A stretch of DNA of 64,000 nt from a virus (lineage: Duplodnaviria; Caudoviricetes): IMG/VR virus record IMGVR_UViG_3300044641_005618; one strand, 5' to 3'. This document shows, piece by piece, positions 60,227 to 64,000 of this stretch. The position numbers were made by a program, and so were the translations under genes. The first letter of the stretch is position 1. Every line of letters starts with the position of its first letter. The notes beneath the pieces were generated by a model, which saw only the letters and a list, made by a program, of their open reading frames with translations, was not told the DNA's origin and searched no databases.

Positions 60227-60407
60227 TTTTATTTTAGATTGGATAAACTCTTGAGTATTTGGTCAATCTTTCGCTTGAGGGCGTCTTGGTATATTATAAC
60301 CTCGCTCAGTAACCTCCCTAGATTTTCGTCGTCTAAGATAGCTTGAGCAGCTTTCTGCTCAGATTCAATTAGTGAAGTCCAAGGGACTTCTAGATTCACT
60401 TCAGCCA

Positions 60408-60635
60408 TCACTTCTCCTTCTTTTTCAGCAACTATTCATTACTGATGGCCTTAAAAGTGAAGCCATACTCATTGGATTTGAGGACAATCCCTTCTCGCTT
60501 AACCTTGGGGTTCAGAGACGGGCCATCGGCGTAAGCTGGCAGCTCCTCCTGGGAGCCGAACCGGTCGATCAGCACTAGGGAAAGGTCCAGGACGGGTGCG
60601 TGCTCCAGGGGGGCTTTAGCGTCCCCAGGCACCAA
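60408..60635 (-). pseudogene. Stranded 3' fragment of an RNA ligase gene
   Basis: HAPVL...YADGPS...REGIVLKS..FTFKAISNE*LLK, with TAG where the intact ligase has Tyr. Confidence 0.8.
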
Positions 60636-60700
60636 GAGCCGTCTAGTTTTAACTAGGCGAAATCATTCAGGGTAAACCTTAACAAGTCGTTCTGAAACCA

Positions 60701-61834
60701 ATGAGAAATTGCTACACATACAGAGTGGGTTGGTCCCGGTTCAATAAGTACTACTACGGAGTTAGATTCGCCAAAGGATGTCACCCTGCTGACCTTTGGG
60801 TTGCCTATTTCACTAGCTCCCGGCATGTAAAAGCATTTAGAAAAGTTCACGGGGAGCCAGATATCATAGAAGTGAGAAAAACTTTTGGAGACGAACCTAA
60901 AAAGGCAGCCGAATGGGAACAAACTGTTTTACGAAGACTAAACATAGAGTTCAACGAACTATACTTAAACAGAAGCCGAAAGAACGCTTTCGGGGCCAAG
61001 GGGGCGCCATGGAATGTGGGTAGAACCAAGGAGAATTGCCCCGTGACACATTTAACTGCGGAGAAGATTAGCAAGACTAGAAAAGGTTTTAAAGCCTCAG
61101 AAGAAACTAAGAAGAAACTGTCTATGGCTGCAAAGGGAAGGGCCGAAGAAAATTCCTGGAAGCAGCTATTAAAAAGTCCAGCAATTAGAAACAGATTTCA
61201 CTCCTATAAACATTTCTTAGTTGAGATAGAAAACCTATACGAGTCTTGTTGGGGTATCGCGGAGGTCATTTCAAAAGCCCTGGGAGTGAACGTCAGAGGC
61301 GTTGCTAAAGCCCTAGAGCGCCTAAATCTGACTTCTTTGAACGACCAGCAGAGAACTAAAGTGTATAATAAGTACGGGAACAAGTTCTCTAGTTACAGCG
61401 ACTACTGCATAAGTATCTTAGTTTTACATCTCAAGGGCTACACTCCCAGTCAAATTGGTAGTCAGTTGGATGTAAATGAATGCGGAGTGGGGAACCTTCT
61501 TCTTAGGGTTGATTTAACCCCTAACAAGGCCAAAACGGGACCGTCAAAGCCCGCTTTTAAGAAGGTACTGATTGCTGATGCTCTTGAAGCTAAAAGCACC
61601 ACATTCACTCTTGAAGACAATCCCCTCCCGGAGAGTCTTATTGCTAAGTTGAGAGAAACCGTCTGCCATACCGAGGATCTCTTCCACACCCATATCCTTT
61701 ATAGAGAAGCTTCCCAACACAGGGACGTGGCCCAAACCAAATTGATCGCAAAAGTTTTTCCTTTCCAGGGGGGTCATGTACCTCCCCATATCCGTAAGGT
61801 AGACATCAAAAACAAAGAACTTGAAGTCATTTAG
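60701..61834 (+). mobile_element. Free-standing GIY-YIG (Seg-like) homing endonuclease with NUMOD3-like motifs
   Basis: YTYRV...YYYGVR, YFTSS, WEQTVL, YLN; PWNVG and KISKTRKG..SEETKKKLS; opposite strand to neighbours. Confidence 0.8.
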
Positions 61835-62623
61835 CTTGTAGATGTTTTGCTGTATTTTTGGGCCTACAACTTCTCCCTGTACAGCCACATTGTCAAACCC
61901 TGCAGTCTTCAGTTTTTCTTCTAGATTGACTTTTCTAGCGACGGACCAATAAGTGTTATTATAATCCTCTTTTAGGTCTAAGTTACGGGAGCAAACTCCG
62001 AACTCTCCGTTGTTAAGGTACATCGTACAGGATGTACCCTCTAGTTTCTCCGTAACTTCGTATATAACATTCTTGTATTCCCCCAGTTTGTCGTATAGAG
62101 ATTGAACTCTCGGCTGGTCCGTTTTGGTAATGAAACTCGGGAAGTTTCCACGCACTTGTCCGGCAAGGCATGCGGGGACCGTGGCCTCCCACTTTTGAAT
62201 ACCAAACTCTAGAGTGAAGTCTTCGCCTTCTTGCCACACACACTCATCAACTCGGAGAGATCCCCTCCCCCCATAAGGTTCAGCTAGCGAAACAACGTAG
62301 AAGCTTGGAGAGATGTCCGAGAAGCGAAGTAGGAGACCCTGGGAGACTTGACCACGGAGCCGGACGGTTTTCAACCTTTCCCCCTTCACTCCATTGTACT
62401 CCCTTGGTTCCTTCCCCTTGGACAAGAACGGGGCAAGTTCGTGGGGGATCCACGAGTCAATCTCGAAATAGATTGCAAGATCACCGGCCTGGAATTCCCC
62501 CCTCTTCACGACAACGGGCCAGCCACCTCCCACGATGGCGCACTCAATTGCGTCGGCGTCTGGAATTGGTCGGATCTCCGTTACTTTTCGGACGGAGGCG
62601 AGTTTGCGTTCGATGTTTGCCAT
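61544..62623 (-). CDS. RNA ligase, DRB0094 family
   Basis: RKLASVRKV..I.PIPDADAIE, YFEIDS, LRGQVSQGL, TEKLEGTS, GEVVGP, REGIVFK, FKSISNQYLLK. Confidence 0.92.
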   Translation of the reverse strand: MANIERKLASVRKVTEIRPIPDADAIECAIVGGGWPVVVKRGEFQAGDLAIYFEIDSWIPHELAPFLSKGKEPREYNGVKGERLKTVRLRGQVSQGLLLRFSDISPSFYVVSLAEPYGGRGSLRVDECVWQEGEDFTLEFGIQKWEATVPACLAGQVRGNFPSFITKTDQPRVQSLYDKLGEYKNVIYEVTEKLEGTSCTMYLNNGEFGVCSRNLDLKEDYNNTYWSVARKVNLEEKLKTAGFDNVAVQGEVVGPKIQQNIYKLNDFKFFVFDVYLTDMGRYMTPLERKNFCDQFGLGHVPVLGSFSIKDMGVEEILGMADGFSQLSNKTLREGIVFKSECGAFSFKSISNQYLLKSGL

Positions 62624-62629
62624 TTTGGT

Positions 62630-62850
62630 TTAGGTTGGTTGTTGAGAAAGTGATAAATTATTTGTGGAGGAACCTTCCGTTGGTCCGGAAACCATAGACC
62701 CAGATGTTTTTCCAAAGGGGTAGTACCAAAACCCTACATAGAGAGATACAAGCGAAAAGTCGATGATCGATGGAAGGAGCACCAGAAGCCAGGGCCAGGA
62801 TATATACCCTGTGAGTTTGAGGGCTAAAAGAGAAGAGTGAAAGGTGTCAT
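62630..62850 (-). pseudogene. Frameshifted small membrane protein gene (MTPFTLLF/LALKLTGYISWPW)
   Basis: One extra T in the run at 62826-62829 restores a 73-aa ORF. Confidence 0.55.
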
Positions 62851-63070
62851 GAAGTCAAATGTTGTGAAGCTTACGCGATTGCTCAGCTAGCTTTTCTCTC
62901 TCCTTAGCTAACTTAACGATCAAAGTCATCTGAAGATTACCGCTGAACTGCGAGAGCGTGAAGATTTCAATTGCAGCGTCGATTAAAAGAGCATAGGGTA
63001 CTAAAATCCTCATTACCCGACAGTTTAGGTGGGGTTCCTTCACAGGGTTTCTAGTAATTTTGAATTTCAC

Positions 63071-63493
63071 TTAAGCTCCTCCCACTGGGTCACCGCCTTC
63101 GGCTGCCTCTCTGGCGAATAGCTCCACAGCCCTTCTTATGACGTCGGCTTTACTTATACCGTCAGCCTTTGCAAGAAGGGTCACCACGTCATAAAAGTTT
63201 TGCGATACACGCAGCTCAATGGTATGTTGAGCACCCCCTTCGGTAGAACCCTCAGTTGGTGCAGCGCCAGCAGAATCCCCCTGGGTCACCGCCTTCGGCT
63301 TCACCGCCCAATCCGCCGGATCGCACTCGGTAGCAGCCGCAAAGTCAATTTCCATGACGGAGTTCCCACGGTTGATGCGGGGAACCCCATAACGTACCTC
63401 AGACCCCCTGGGGACAGGGAGATAGTTTTCGTGAACCCAGTCCCAAAACTCGGGAAGGTGGATTTCGATTGTTCCTTCGGATGTGAATGCCAT
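63071..63493 (-). CDS. Hypothetical domain fused to a C-terminal ribbon-helix-helix
   Basis: TIELRVSQNFYDVVTLLAKADGISKADVIRRAV. Confidence 0.7.
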   Translation of the reverse strand: MAFTSEGTIEIHLPEFWDWVHENYLPVPRGSEVRYGVPRINRGNSVMEIDFAAATECDPADWAVKPKAVTQGDSAGAAPTEGSTEGGAQHTIELRVSQNFYDVVTLLAKADGISKADVIRRAVELFAREAAEGGDPVGGA

Positions 63494-63538
63494 TTTTCTG
63501 GTAAAAGGTGGATTGCGGGGTTTGCCCCGTATAAACCT

Positions 63539-63602
63539 GCTATAGCGTTTTCCGTCTGAAAAACAAACGGGGGGAAACCGCCCCAAGGTAACCGGGAAAC
63601 CG
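63539..63602 (-). promoter_or_regulatory. Repeated promoter element
   Basis: CGGTTTCCC-N13-CGGTTTCCC..TTTGTT-N17-TATAGC. Confidence 0.75.
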
Positions 63603-63604
63603 CT

Positions 63605-64000
63605 CTAAGGAAGAACAAAAGGCGAGTCAGGATCGTCTGTGAAAGCAGTAAAGTATGTTTCTGTGGCTAGGTTTCCCAGGTTGAGAACGGGAATGTTGTG
63701 AAACCTAGCGATGCGAATCGCCTGTGAGGTTCCACCGACATCCTTACCATTTTTTGTCCAGCAAATTACCACGTCTGTTGGGCTCTTGCAGTCTCTCCCT
63801 AGAACTTGCATCGCGTTCCTAGCCATTAACTTTCGCCCCTTATCGTAGAGCCGAGAGGGTGCGGGATGGAACCGCTCCACGCTTTCTTGAGCTAGCTCTC
63901 GTCCTGGGCACAAAAGATAATCAAAGTGGGATTTACCGTCGTGGTACCGTCCGTTGAATCCGTTCCACGGCAAGAATATCTCCTTTCTCCTGGAGTTTGC
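63605..64000 (-). CDS. Partial DprA/SLOG-fold phage protein (5' end outside the window)
   Basis: KEIFLPWNGF, MARNAMQVLG, VICWT, GGTSQAIRIA..IPVLNL; frame open to 64000. Confidence 0.7.
   Translation of the reverse strand, partial: ANSRRKEIFLPWNGFNGRYHDGKSHFDYLLCPGRELAQESVERFHPAPSRLYDKGRKLMARNAMQVLGRDCKSPTDVVICWTKNGKDVGGTSQAIRIARFHNIPVLNLGNLATETYFTAFTDDPDSPFVLP

Noticed and set aside
60432-60434. In-frame TAG in a ligase-like segment as evidence of stop-codon reassignment
   Set aside because: TAG ends well-conserved genes at their expected C-termini (e.g. gyrA), long genes are not fragmented, and an intact ligase copy exists, so a pseudogene is the simpler reading
8217-63586. N-terminal extensions such as MGGFPVCF, MGRFPP and MVSRLVF on several ORFs
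   Set aside because: They are translations of the repeated promoter element itself; the true starts lie downstream of the -10 box
8508-63602. Dispersed repeats as a CRISPR array or REP elements
   Set aside because: They are irregularly spaced, sit upstream of genes, contain -35/-10 boxes, and no cas genes are present
507-64000. Most plus-strand ORFs in the track
   Set aside because: They are antisense shadows of convincing minus-strand genes with no recognisable motifs; only 26975-27388 and 60701-61834 are kept

Overview
This looks like a 64-kb slice of a large dsDNA phage genome, probably infecting a cyanobacterium (DUF1517/FLAP1 homologue, picocyanophage-type small ORF families). Nearly all genes are on the minus strand. 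Contents: (1) a replication module with a mitochondrial Pol-gamma-like family A DNA polymerase and a GyrA/ParC subunit; (2) long runs of small accessory genes driven by more than 20 copies of one promoter architecture (tandem CGGTTWMCC boxes usually 22 bp apart, sigma70-like -35/-10, often a palindromic spacer, 8 apparently leaderless starts); (3) a candidate DNA base hypermodification locus at 25.4-34.9 kb (P-loop kinase, amino acid:DNA transferase-like protein, antisense LMW phosphatase, two amidoligases, class II glutamine amidotransferase, two TET/JBP dioxygenases); (4) nucleotide and RNA-repair enzymes (Tmk, 5'-3' exonuclease, PNK kinase and phosphatase, two RNA ligases, DUF2828); (5) five tRNA or tRNA-like genes, two of which carry a shared structured insert in the anticodon arm; (6) a GIY-YIG homing endonuclease next to a stranded, decayed RNA ligase 3' end. 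Family assignments come from motif recognition by eye; no database search was run.
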